Below are positions 1 through 40,333 of a stretch of 64,000 bases of DNA, in pieces; the first letter of the stretch is position 1, and every line of letters begins with the position of its first letter. The stretch comes from Paraspadella gotoi (Eukaryota; Animalia; Chaetognatha). The stretch spans positions 5,045,878 to 5,109,877 of the forward strand of contig CM119268.1 in assembly GCA_051294375.1 (NCBI GenBank). Direction: 5' to 3'. The translations under genes and the position numbers were made by a program. The notes below the pieces were generated by a model. The model did not search any database. It was not told where the DNA came from and saw only the letters and a list, made by a program, of their open reading frames with translations.

Positions 1-916
1 CTAAAAAAGAATAGAGACGACGACGACTCCGACAACAACAACAAGAAGAAGAACAGCTTGGAGGATTCTTTCCCTCTCCCTCGTAAGTTCCCCTCGAGGT
101 TCCACTTTTGGCTCAGCGCCCCAAATGTCATCAAGGCCACGAAACTTGGGGTCTCTTTGGGATGTCAGGGATGTCGACCGAGGATATGTCATACCAAGAT
201 GCCATCTCCGTATGCCATCTCCCTATGCCTTCTCTAACTTGCCTTTCGGCATGTACCATAATCGTATGCGGATTCCGAATGCCGTCTCTTACTGGCATTT
301 CTAAATGCCGTCTTCGTCTTTGTTTCTAGATTGAATATCCAATTATCCAATTATCCATGTTCTATATCCAAATGCCTTTTCCTTGCGCCATATTCAAATG
401 CCGTATCTTTGTTCTATATCCATTATCCAAATGCCGTATGCCTATTGCTTAAGCCATTTCCAAATGCAGAATTTACTCTTCATTTGGCGTCTGCTAATTT
501 ACAAGTTACTGTTACAGCAGCATTCGTTTTTGTTTTTCAGATTATATACATTGTGCAATTGTGCATTGTATTTCTCTCTCTCTGTCTCTCTCTCTCGCTC
601 TTTCTGAAATATTTCTCCCTAATCGATAGATCAACTAATTCATAAATGTATCCATCATTATCTTTATCTCTTTACTTTAGCATCCGAAAATTCTTCGTCT
701 CGTTTCAGACTTTCCTTTTTTTTACAAACTGCGTCTGTCTATTTTCTTTTTTTCTGTCTCTCTCTCTGTCTCTCTGTTTCCTTTTATAAATATCTCTCTC
801 TCTATCTGTTTCCCTAGCTTTTTTATTCTTGCTTTTTTAAATCATCCTTCCTCTCTTCCTTCGCCACCAGGTACAAGGTGCAATTTGACTTTTGCCATTT
901 TTCCTATTTGTTTTCC

Positions 917-1004
<88 letters not shown>

Positions 1005-1301
1005 CACCCCACCAGAAGCCCAAGGGAGATGCCTCGCCTAAATTTTTTCGTTTACTTTTTTTTTTTTTTTTTTTGTCCAAAATCTTATTTGTTTTTAGGA
1101 TTTTCGCGGTTTTTCTTTCCTTTTATTATTTTCCATTTGTTAATTGTTAGGATACGTTTTTTTGTTTGTTCATTCATTATTTTTATGCTATTTGGCGCTG
1201 AAACTGAGCTTCCGTTATTCCAGATTTCATTCCGTAGTTACGTGTATTCACGACTTGGTAATATTTTTATTTACATAAACCCTTTTTCTTTATTTATCTT
1301 T

Positions 1302-1387
<86 letters not shown>

Positions 1388-2036
1388 TGCATTAAAGAAA
1401 CCCCATTCCATTCTCGCATCATTCCATCACATTTCTCAGCTAAAAAAGACCCGCCCTTAATTTTTCTGATTTTTGTGCAGAAAAAAAAAAACAAAAAAAA
1501 TTCAGAAAGATTAAAATAGTAGGAAGTTTTAAAAAAAGGGAATGGAAACTTTAAAAGTTAAAAATATAAAAACGATTTATAAAAGGCAATTTACATGTAT
1601 CAATCTATCGCATTTCATATAACGAATGATATTCAAAAACAGTTTTTAAATGTTGCTTTTAAATTAAAATCAAATTATTAAAGATTAAACACTGATTAAC
1701 CTTAATTAAATGGATACAACATTTCATTGGCCGAGGAATCGTTGAAAAGAATTAAGCGAGGGCTCGAAGATATTTAAATAAACTTATAATTAGTATGAAA
1801 ACAGAATTAGATTTGTACCGGTGGTAATGTTTTCAAGGAAAGTATATGATTACAAAAATTATATGATTAATTTTACTTAAATAAAAAACGAGTCGTTTTT
1901 CATTAAAATGTAAAAAATCGTGAGCAGCGGTCATAGGTGCGGCAGGCTGATCCACGTAATCCTAATGTATTAATTAATTCATAACAATCATTCTGTCTCT
2001 TAACTTGTATCGAAATTCGTTATAATCTGGTTTCAG

Positions 2037-20552
<18,516 letters not shown>

Positions 20553-21500
20553 CGTCGGACCGACACGTGTCGGGTGGAGACGGAAAATGGCGGGCAAAGA
20601 CTCGATTTTGTCGGGCAAAGACCTCATTATGTAGGGAATAGAAATGGGTTTTTACATAAAAAAAAATTGTCGAAAAATTTATTTTAAAATGTTTCATTAT
20701 TTAAATTTGTGAAAACCTTTTTTCGATAAGGGTGTAAGTCGGGGTGGAGGAATAAAGAAAAGTGGGGGTCAGGTCTTTTTTTGTGGGCAGCTGTGGGGAG
20801 TAGTCTCGCTTTTCCAATCGGGTTTTTGTGGGCAGCTGTGGATCTGAGAAAAACCGGAAATTATGAACTCGGAAAATTGAGAGAAACGAAATTGGATTTT
20901 TTTCGTCTCGGCGTCGCGGGCTACGAATAATACTTTATGACTTTTCACTTAACTTATATTTCTATAAATATTAATGATTCTACTAGTATTATTTAAATCG
21001 TAAGCCCTTCGACGCTAGATAACTTACGTCGGCGGTCAATCTCGCGTCTCATTAGTCAATAGTAATAATACAAATAGTAGTCATGGTCTTTGTCGCTCGT
21101 CCTGTTACGAAAGATAAAGTTTAAATTAATATTAACAATTTATTGACCGGGATTATCAACGCCAAATATGAGAAATTTTCGCTCACAATGTGTGATATAT
21201 TGAATGGGAAAATTTGTCAAAAACTTTAGTGATAAAAAGCATAAAAAAATACAAATAAACAAAAAAAAAAACAAAACAAAACAAAAACTGTATTGTTCGA
21301 GTCATGTGTCTAACCATTGTTTTAACCATTGATCGTTTTAAAATTAACGCGCGCAACTACATAAGTAGCTCACATTTCTCGCTTTACTAATAAAGAAAAG
21401 CACAAGGAAACACAAAAATGCTTATCACCTGCAAATTACTAACTCGCGTTCCTGTTTCCGTTTTCTTTCCTTTCTTGCTCTTTCTGTCCCACACCAGCGC

Positions 21501-21608
<108 letters not shown>

Positions 21609-21659
21609 CACACACACCACCACGCGCCTTTACAGAAATCCTCAATCCTAACCCTCCAG

Positions 21660-21999
21660 GGCAAGACAGCTAATACTAACCGCGTACATCACCTCGACCT
21701 CTACCGGCGGACGCATTGAGCATCCCAACAACCCCGTCGAACTGACGCTGCGTCCGCATCCGAGAGGTGGCGTCAACGTGACCGTGGTGGCGCCCCTCAT
21801 GGACAGCCCCAGGGGCGGCCCGCCCGGCTGTCTCTCTCCTGTCACTCCTTGCGTGGAGTTGGCCGACGGGCATGAGGCTTTGTCGGTCGCTTTTCTGTCC
21901 GACAACGGAAAGTGGCGGCTAGAATTGACGCTAGGGGCGCATGGGCACTACGTCGTCCGGCTCTTTGACGGGTCAGTAGTTAAAATGATAATAATAATG

Positions 22000-22080
<81 letters not shown>

Positions 22081-22290
22081 TTTCTCTCATTAATAATGAC
22101 GAAGATACTATTAATAATACAAATCATAATAATGATTATAATGATAATAACAATAATACAGATAGAGACAGACCAAATACAGATAGAAAGTCTGAAAGGG
22201 GGACAAATAGACAGACTGACATAGAGACAGACCTATCGAAAGACAGAACTACCTTAAGTCTGAATGATTGTGAGAGAGGGAGAGAGAGAA

Positions 22291-22323
<33 letters not shown>

Positions 22324-23084
22324 AAGAGAGAGGAACAGAAAGTCTGACAGAGAGACACATACAGACCTTCTGAACAATTTCTTCTCCCTCATTTCAGTTA
22401 TCACAACAACTTTACCTTTAACCTTCCATTGACGTACGATCACTCCTTCGTCGGAAATTCAACCTGGAAGGGAGAAACGAGATTGCCTACGGAATATCTG
22501 CCACCGGTAGGGGGCGTGCGGGAGAGGAAGAGAGGGAGAGAGAGAGGGAGAAAGGGGGAGGGGAGAGGGAAAGGAAGAGTGAGGGGGAGAGAGGGGAAGG
22601 GGGAATTAGGAATTAATGAATAAATGAATGAATGAATAAATGAATGAATAAATTTAAAAAAAAAAAAACGAATGAAAGAATGAATTTAGTAAATGAAGAA
22701 ATAATGAATGAATCAATGAATTAACAAATGAACGAATGAGATATATGATATATGCGTTAATTCGCATACTTATTTGTTTTCCACTCCCTCCTACCTCTAT
22801 TTTCGTCCTCGCCCAACCCATTACCCACCCCAAACCCACCATCCATCCGCCATCCCACCACCCCCAAACCCACCATCCCCAAGGTGGTGACCAAATTCAA
22901 CGCCTTCTTCTCCTGGGGTTCCGCCACCGACGGTGGAAAGAGAATGGAATCGCTTTTTCCCGCCACCGAATCGAGCGAAGACGCCAAAGCGATTCAATTC
23001 TTTCAACCGATCAACATGGGGAAGATCGATCCTGACAACTGGAAAGGTATCGTGCCCGAGATCTGGAAGACCCGGGCTCAGTGA
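21660..23084 (+). CDS. C4orf33/UPF0462-like domain protein (divergent), three exons; N-terminal exon uncertain
   Basis: Exons 21660-21971, 22398-22506 and 22884-23084 are phase-consistent (2, 2, 0). The translation ...[23 protein letters not shown]...VAPLMDSP...[32 protein letters not shown]...[28 protein letters not shown]...MESLFP...IW follows the C4orf33 family pattern as I recall it ([49 protein letters not shown]). A candidate first exon is 20974-20999 (MILLVLFKS, donor GTAAGC, phase 2). Confidence 0.8.
21984..22080. repeat. (ATA)n microsatellite
   Basis: Near-perfect trinucleotide run in an intron of the C4orf33-like gene. Confidence 0.95.
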
Positions 23085-23411
23085 GGATTGAAAAAAGGGT
23101 GAAAATAAAAGGGCAATAAAGTCCGCGACTGATAATAGAGGGCGGGGCGATCGTCCGTCTATCTCTTCTCGGAATTCGCTAACAAATGAAGACGATAATT
23201 TTTTTTTTTTATTGTTTATTTTTCTCACTTTCGCGCGCAGATTTTTTTTTTTACCACTGATTTAATTTCTTCCCGACTAACTTGCGTATGTATCTATATA
23301 TTAAATCTGCCTACTAACAAACGGTCACGATGCATTCTTAACTAAACCAAACATTTTTCATGCAATCAAGCTCAAAACGCTGAATATCGAATAATTTGCA
23401 TGATGATAAAC

Positions 23412-23448
<37 letters not shown>

Positions 23449-23569
23449 AAGCAAATAAAAAATAAAGCTGATTATAAAAAATTTATTTAAATAAAAAATA
23501 ATTAAATAAAAAAAGACCAAAAAATAATAAACTTTTTTGATGATTTTTTATTGTTTGTAAAAATATAAC

Positions 23570-29183
<5,614 letters not shown>

Positions 29184-29527
29184 AGGAAGAAGAACCAAAA
29201 GGGAATTAGAGAGAGAGAGAGAGAGAAGAGAATGAGAGGAGAGATGAGAGAGAGAGAGAGAAGAGAGAGGAGAGANNNNNNNNNNNNNNNNNNNNNNNNN
29301 GAGAGAGAGAGAGAGAGAGAGAGAGAATTAGCGAGATAGACAAAGCGTCAAAGCGAGAGAAAGAGACAAAAAGGAATAGAGACAGGAACAGAGAAATATA
29401 TAGAGAATGAGAGAGAGACACACAGACAGAGAGAGAGTTAGTAATAAGTGAAAAATGTATTAGTCAGTCGGTCTGTCTTAACTTTGGTTTTTCTGTGCAA
29501 CATTTGTAAATTGGTAAAACATGTTAT

Positions 29528-29582
29528 GAGCACAGGACTCTTAATCCTGGGGTCGTGGGTTCGAGCCCCAGATTGGGCGCCA
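29528..29582 (+). pseudogene. tRNA-Lys(CTT) 3' fragment with genomically encoded CCA
   Basis: GAGCA CAGGA CT CTT AA TCCTG GGGTC GTGGG TTCGAGC CCCAG ATTGGGCG CCA contains a perfect anticodon stem, a T-loop and the acceptor 3' strand of eukaryotic tRNA-Lys(CUU). The 5' acceptor strand and most of the D-arm are absent. Confidence 0.85.
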
Positions 29583-30997
29583 CTCTGAAAAGGTATTCTA
29601 ACCATAAGTAAAATAAAAAGAAAATAATATATTGACGGTAGGAAAATCTATACAGCGACAAAATCATGAGTGAAAAAAAGGGGAGAAACTAGTAGGAGAA
29701 GAGAGAGAAGTCGGCACTGAATCTCGTGAACGCGGCCCCGAATCCCTGGGAGGAGGATGAAGAGGAGGTGAATGAGAAGGAGAGGGGTAATAGACCCGCG
29801 TCTGTCTATCTGCTTTTATACTGTAATGTACTTGGGTTTCTTACTTGTGTACTGTGTAGTAACGAAGCTAATGCAAATATACGGTCAGAAAGAGAATGTG
29901 AGATACTTTGATTAAGACCATGTTATTTTAGTTAATACTTAACAGATAAGTGTTCAACTATAAAGCGCTTGTTGTTGTTGTTGTTTGAATTTTGAAATCA
30001 TGTTTTCTTTTTTCTTTAATTTCCTTCTTCTAATCTTCAGCCATATTTTTCAAAAGCGCATCATTTCACGAAATGATTATGGTTTGGGGTAAAGAGATTT
30101 AGAGTTTGTATAAGGGTTAGGTTAGGTAGGGTATTTTAGTTAGGTTAGATAGTAATAACAAAGATTAGGGTTAAAATTTAGATTAAGTACACAGTAAGAA
30201 ATTATTAATAAAAATTTGAATTAAAATTAAGTTCAGAAATGGGCCGCTTTGAGAAAATAGTGCCCAATCTTCTTTCGCCCTTTTTCTCCTTTCTTTACTG
30301 CAATCTCGGTCAAGATTCGAGATTGAAAAGAATTTCTCGTCGTCGTCGTCGTCGTTGTCGTCGTCGTCGTCGTCATCGTCGTCGTTGTTCGTCGTCATTC
30401 GTCTTCAGTTGAGAAGAAAAAGAATTTTATGTCAGAGAGAAAAAAACGAGCGGCCCTATAACCATTTATTTCTTTCGTTCAGTCTTTTTTTGTCACTTTG
30501 TCACCGATTAAATATCATCATATCACTTAAACCTTTTTTGTCAAGTAAATTATAAAATTATAAAATATAAAAAACAATTATTCAATGAATTTGAACAGGC
30601 AATGGCAGTTCGCACTCTTTCCCTATCAATGAATCAGTAAAATTTCATATGATCTGTTACAATATTGTAAAATGACCAATATTTTTACTACAACTTTTTT
30701 CCATAGCTATTTCTTGTACTTTTTATTTACTGCAATAGTTTGATTTTTGTTGCATTGCTCGTTTATTTAATGTCAATCTTTTTAATCCTTTGTTCTTTAG
30801 TTTGTTTATCTTTTTTTCGGCCAGATTCCCCCCCGCCCTGAAAACTCTAGAGGGAGCTCGACCGTAAAGAAATAAAGAAGAGAATCTGAATTAAAGCGAA
30901 ACTGACTTGATTTAACTCTTTCCTTTTTTTTAGAGAAAATGAAAATCTGTTTTTATTTCTTTTTTCTCTCTTTTTTTTTGTTTTTTTTTGTTACTTT

Positions 30998-31033
<36 letters not shown>

Positions 31034-31037
31034 TTTT

Positions 31038-31105
<68 letters not shown>

Positions 31106-31374
31106 TTTTCCTTGTTTTTTCTTTCTTTCTCTCTTTCTTTATTTCGTTTTTTCTCTCTTTACTTTTTTCTTTCCTTAATTCGTTTTTTTCCTTTTGTCTT
31201 TCTTTCTATATTTCTTTCTTTCTTTTTTCTTTCTTTCTTGCTTTGATTCGTTTTTCTTTCTTTCCTTCTTTCTTTAATTTGTTTTTTCTTTGTTTTTTCT
31301 TTCTTAACTTCACCTACCCTCTCTCTCTCTCTCTGTCATCTCTCTCTCTCTCGTCTCTCTCTCTCTCTTTTTCT

Positions 31375-31451
<77 letters not shown>

Positions 31452-31629
31452 GCACTTGAATGGATGTTCTTTGTTTTGTTGTTCTTCTCCTTTGAACTTA
31501 ATCGTATGGAGGCGCAGTCGAATGTTTACTGCGAATGTTTATTGCGGGAAAAGCAAAGCCTTTCCGTCACTCTCAATCTTCTTTCTCTCTCTCTCTCTGT
31601 CTCTCCGTCATTCTCTCTGTTTCCTTTCT

Positions 31630-31685
<56 letters not shown>

Positions 31686-31733
31686 GTCTCTCTTTTTTTC
31701 TCGTCTCTCTCTTCTCTTTTTCTTCTCTCTCTC

Positions 31734-31789
<56 letters not shown>

Positions 31790-32374
31790 CTCTGCTTTTT
31801 TTTTTCTCGTCTCTCTCTCTCTTTTTCTTTTTCTCTCTCTCTCTCTTCTCTCTCTCTATCTCTATTTCTCTCTTCTCTCTTCTTTTTTTCTGCTTAGTTC
31901 AAATAAATTCTTAGATGATTGTTTAGATTTCTCTTTATTTTGAAATTTAATATGAAATTGGTACAACCAATATTAAAAATTATCCATTCATTTAATAAAT
32001 AAGCTANNNNNNNNNNNNNNNNNNNNNNNNNTTTAGTTCTTTGAAAATTTTAATTATTGAAATTGTACAACCAACTAAATAAAATTAGTCCACTTTCATT
32101 TTAAATAAAATAAAGCTATTTGTCCCTGACTAATAATTATTCATATGTGAGAGGAGAGAGAGAGACGAGAGAGAGAGAGATGGATGAGAGAGAGACGAGA
32201 GAGAGAGAGACGAATAGAGAGAGAGAGGAGGAGAGAGAGAGAGATGAAGGTTTGTCAACGACTTGTCTATAATTCTTGCCTGCAAGGGAAATGTGGCTAA
32301 ATGCGGAAGCTCCATGAACAACCATGACCGCTAATGCCTCCTGAGAGAAGAGAAATTTCCTAGTAGAATAGAGA

Positions 32375-32407
<33 letters not shown>

Positions 32408-32412
32408 GAACG

Positions 32413-32443
<31 letters not shown>

Positions 32444-32564
32444 CAGAAGAGAGAGAGAGTTAGAGAGAGAGAGGCGCTGATGAGGCGGATGAAGGCAAGA
32501 ATGAGAGCGAGAGAGAGAGAGAGCGCGAGAGCGAAAGAATGAGAGGGAGAGATAGAGAGAATGA

Positions 32565-32610
<46 letters not shown>

Positions 32611-33359
32611 CAGAGGGAGACATCGTAAGTGATTATGATGATCGATTGGGATTTTCCCTTCGTCCGTCTCCATTCCATGTGCATTGTGCATGTGCATTGT
32701 GCAATGGCCAATGTCAATGCCCAATGCTCTATGCCCAATGTCAATGCCCAATGTTCTATGCCGAATGTAACAACAACAACTACTTTTTCGATCTGCTATA
32801 CATGCCCGATATCAATAATTCAACGCTCAATATCTAATGCTCAATGTCTAATGCTTAATATTCAATCATCTATAATCTAATGCCTAATTCTCTTTACGCG
32901 ATTCCCTATACTGAATGGTTTTTGAATACCAGAATTTGCCAATAATAGAATCAAGACGGGCGGAAAGTAAGAAAATAAATATATATTACATAAACATTCT
33001 TTGAAATATTATACCACTTCATTGATAGGGAAGCTTGGTACTCTGGGAGTGAATAAACAAGACAGAGAGAATCTTGATTGAAAGCTCGAATGGACCTGCT
33101 ATGTCATTATCTTGTAAGAGTGATGGAGGCCTTAAACTACTAAAGCCTGTCCAAAATCAGAGACAAGATAGAATATTAATTAAATGAATAAATAATTTTT
33201 ATATTGTTTGTACCAATTTCATAAATTGTAATGATAAAAATCCGTTAATGATCAATGTGGAGTGAAAGACCATTCAACTTCACGTCCTTTTCTCTCCTTC
33301 TTTCTTCCTTCCTCTAACTTTTCCTTTCCCCATCTTCCTTTTCCCTACCCTCGATTTTC

Positions 33360-33440
<81 letters not shown>

Positions 33441-34029
33441 CTCCCCACCTCTCTCTCTCTCTCTCTCCTCCCTCTGACAAATGAAGCCACTTAAAGATGG
33501 AAAAACTAAGAACAAATTTTCTCTATGGGCCCAACGTTGCTCGCTCAAGTCTCACAGTAAATAATCTAAGAAGGTGCGAGGATAAAAAAAAGAGGGTAAA
33601 AAGAAATGAGAAAAAAAGAAAGAGAAAAGGGGACTATTTTTCAAAAGCGCCCCGTTTTCGTTCCTTATCCTAATTTTATTATTTAACCCTAATCTGATGT
33701 CTCTTTAACCCTAATCTCTTGTATTCAATTTTTAACTCGAACCTAATCTCTAATGCTTATCCTTAATCTCTAATCCCAAATCTTTATCCTTAACCTTATC
33801 TTCTAACCCAAAATCCTAACCCTAATCCCTAACCAAAAATTATATTTTTAAAAGGCAAAAATTATGTTTTAAAAAAATGTGAATCTGATTTTTCTGTAAT
33901 GTTACGAGAGAGAAAGAGATAATCTTTCTTTCTTTCTTTCTTTCTTTTTATTTTTCTTTCGCTATTTTTTTCTTTATCTCTTTTTTCCTTTTTTTTCTTA
34001 CTTCCTTTCTTTTTTCTTTTTTTATTCTC

Positions 34030-34101
<72 letters not shown>

Positions 34102-34112
34102 TTTTCTTTTGT

Positions 34113-34156
<44 letters not shown>

Positions 34157-34231
34157 TTTTTCTTTTATTCTTTCTCTCTTTATTCTTTCGTTCTTTATTC
34201 ATTTCTTTCTCTCTTTCTTATTTACTTTCTG

Positions 34232-34278
<47 letters not shown>

Positions 34279-34509
34279 CTTTCTTTCTTTCCTCCTCTCT
34301 TTCCTTTTCTCTTTTTTTTATTTCTTTCTTTTTTTTTCTTTATTTCTTTATTTCCTTCTCTATTTCTCTCTCTTTATTTCTATCTTTCAATCTTTCTATT
34401 TTCCTTTCAATCCAAGTCGACAAGGAATTTTCTTTCCCCGCCTTCCTCTTAAGTAGAACTGAAGAGTCACTCGGGAATGACGTTTTAGGAAAATCACTCA
34501 GATTCGTCA

Positions 34510-34830
34510 TTGGCCACTCGCTTTTGGCTGCATGCGAATCCTTGGCCTCTTGCCTTTAACCTTTGGTTGCATGCTCGTGAATTTATGGCCTCTCGCTCCT
34601 AATCTTTGTCTGCATGCTAGTTAATTCATGGCCTCTCGCCCTTAAACTTTGACTGCATGCTCTTGAATCCATGGACTTTAGCCCTAAACTTTGGCCTATT
34701 GCCCTTTGGCTGCAAGCTTCAAAATACATGGCCTTTATTCCATAGCATTTTGCCGCAGTCTATGACCTTCAGCCTTTGGCTTCTAGCTTTTTAAGCCTTG
34801 ATCTCTTGACCTTAACATTTGCCTCTCTTC
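34510..34830. repeat. Degenerate minisatellite of about 40-45 bp
   Basis: Recurrent GGCCTCTCGC...AA(C/T)CTTTG.CTGCATGCT...AAT.CAT units. Confidence 0.7.
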
Positions 34831-35139
34831 AGCTTATAACCTATTTTTTATCCGATCCGATCACACCCTTTAGTGAATTCACTTACTTTTTCCCCCATTA
34901 AACCGAGTAGCTTCCTAATACCTTCTGGTTCATTAAAGTTATATTAAACTTTTTTATTTGACACTGGTTTTAATTTGATTTAATTTTCATTTACGATCGA
35001 CCCTTTTCTTTACGGTATCTCACAAGGTCTTTTTCAGGCGGAACTCAAAGGCTTTTGTTTTTTTTGTTTTTTTTTGCTTTAAAATAAATGTTTTAAATAT
35101 GTTGCCGACGATTTTTCTCCCTACAGTTGTTTACGAGAG

Positions 35140-35218
<79 letters not shown>

Positions 35219-35314
35219 AAGACTAGAAATAAGAGAGCGAGGGGAGGGTGAAAGAAAGAAAAACAAAGTACGGGCTAAAATTTTAGAATCTGTTCCCTTA
35301 TTTGCTATCCTTCT

Positions 35315-35392
<78 letters not shown>

Positions 35393-36049
35393 AGAATTGG
35401 AGTTTCGTCTTGGCGCCGACGGAGAAACGTGACTCGAATTCGACGGCGTTAATTAAGACGGAAGAACAGGAGAACCGAAGATGACTGGGGAGAACGGAGG
35501 AAAATGAGGAGTAGAATGAGGAGGACAAGGAAAACAAAGGAGAACTATGAGGAGAACGGAGGAAAATGAGGCGAACGGAGGAGAACGAGGAAAACAGAGA
35601 AGAGCGATGAGGAGAACGGAGAATGGAGGAGGTAGAGGAGAATGAAGGATGAAGCAGAGTAGAACAGAGGAGAATGAGGAGGAATGAGGAGGTGAATGAA
35701 GAGAAGGAAGGAGGATAAAGAGGAGAACGGAGGAGATTGAACATTGAAACGGATGAGGATAAAGAGGAGAACTTAGGAGGATAAATAGAAGAAGGAAGGA
35801 GAATGAAGAGGAGAACCGAGGAGGATGAGGAGGAGAACGGAGGAGTATGAAGATACATAAAAAGGTGAGGGCGAAGAAAAGGCAGACGATGAAAAATTGT
35901 ATGATAGTTAAAAATTGTATAATTGTATGAATTGTATGTTAAAAATCTTCTCTGGTTATTTTCTGCGCCAAAGAAATTTCAGCATTCGGCCATAACATTG
36001 CACACTTGCACAGTTTCATATAATTTTGGGGCTTGAAGTGACGGGAGAG

Positions 36050-36180
36050 GTGAGAGGGTCACCACGCCCCGATGTGCATAGCCCTCAACGCTTAGGTGAG
36101 CCCAGTGGACCTCTCTGGGCAGGGCTAGAACCCGGGAATCATTGAGTTCCCAGCTGAAGCGTTAGCTCAAAGTGATAACG
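36050..36180 (-). mobile_element. Degenerate tRNA-derived SINE-like fragment
   Basis: The minus strand reads ...GAGCTAACGCTTCAGCTGGGAACTCAATGATTCCCGGGTTCTAGCCCTG..., with a B-box-like GGTTCTAGCC, as a GC-rich island in AT-rich sequence. Confidence 0.3.
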
Positions 36181-36428
36181 AACGGAACAGCCTTATCCGA
36201 CGGGTTGAGATTTTACGTCGGAAAATTGTGGAATTTCCCAGAGATAAATCTTAAATCGATGTAGAAAGTAGATCCCTGAGAATCGGACCTTATTTTTCAA
36301 AAGCGCCCCATTTTAGCTTAAAATCAGAATTTGGTTAAGGGATAGGGTTTTGGTTAGGCATTAGGTTAGGGTTAGGCATTAGGGATTACGTTAAATATTT
36401 TGGTTAGGGATGAATATTTTGGTTAAAA

Positions 36429-39045
<2,617 letters not shown>

Positions 39046-39049
39046 GTGA

Positions 39050-39184
39050 GTTGAATCTACTGGCCCAACGGGACACAGGAAGAAACAATATCAGCGCCAC
39101 TAATTCACTAATTGACTTACCAACTCGCTTTCTCAAAATCGCCCACTGATTCACTAACTCACTTTATTCATTAACTCCTCTCCC

Positions 39185-39271
<87 letters not shown>

Positions 39272-39490
39272 TCCAAGTCGTGGTTCCATCCGTCAGTCTG
39301 ACTCCGTCTCACTCTTCTATTTTCGACGACCAAATTTAGTTTCAATCGGATTTAGACTTGAATGGGATTTAGATTTTAGGGGATTTAGACTTTAATTAGA
39401 TTTATATTTAACGGGATTTAGATTTTAATTGGATTTAGATTTTAAAGGATTTAGACTTGAATGGGATTTAGTTTATAATTTGATTTAGAT
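39050..39490. repeat. Dispersed repeat with GATTTAGA(C/T)TT minisatellite, interrupted by (TC)n
   Basis: CCCACTGATTCACTAAC and the GATTTAGA tract match the reverse complement of 48965-49140; it abuts the truncated 5' end of the Gypsy pol. Confidence 0.55.
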
Positions 39491-39917
39491 TCGAAACATT
39501 TTATTTAAAATATCTTTAAATTATCATCGCACACTTTATTACAAACTGACTCAAGTAGCGGCTCTCGTTGTCCTTTTGTGATTTTGTCCTTTGTCCCTTG
39601 TCCATATTTGTAAGTTCTCCTAAATACCTGAATATTCGTCATACGTCATACGTCGAACATAATCCACTGAAAAAAAGACTTGTTTTTTCCACTTCCTTTC
39701 TTTCTTCTTTTCTTACTCTCTCTTCACAATTCACTTCCTTTCTTTCTTCTTTTCCTACTCTCTCTTCACAATTCACTTCCTATTCTCCGTTCCTTTAATC
39801 CTCCTTTCCTCGTCTTTCTTTCTCATTTCACACCTCCCCCATTATTCCACCCCTTCCTCAACCCCGAATCCCTTCCCCACCCCTCCTCCTCCCCCTCCTT
39901 CCACATCCCGTTTTCAC

Positions 39918-40026
39918 CCAATAAAATTCGGTTTCTTTCGCTCCGCTGGGTGAGGTGCCGCAGCAGGCCGCAGCCGACCGCAGCGGTCCGATCCTTTAAC
40001 CGGATCGAACCGAACACACTCGCCAT
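39918..40026 (-). CDS. Candidate first coding exon of an unidentified gene (presequence-like N-terminus)
   Basis: AAAATGGCG start context in a GC-rich island, peptide MASVFGSIRLKDRTAAVGCGLLRHLTQRSERNRILL, donor GTGAAA at 39917. Downstream exons could not be linked reliably. Confidence 0.35.
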
Positions 40027-40265
40027 TTTTTTTTATTTCGCCTCTTTTATCGGAGAACCGGAAAAGATATATTGTTTTTATATATTTTGCAATCTTGAGA
40101 AAGATCTATACTTGGACGAAATGATCCGCCGGGATCTATTATAAGAAGTTATATATATATATATATAGGTTATGATTTATTACTTGAATAAAAATAAAAT
40201 TGATAAAAGTTCATTTTTTTTGGTTTCGATCGAAGCATTGGTCTCTCTCTCTCTCTCCTCTCTCT

Positions 40266-40333
<68 letters not shown>

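Noticed and set aside
1-82. Possible upstream phase-1 exon of the chitin-binding gene (donor GTAAGT at 83)
   Set aside because: It is phase-compatible but low-complexity and cut by the window edge, so it cannot be supported.
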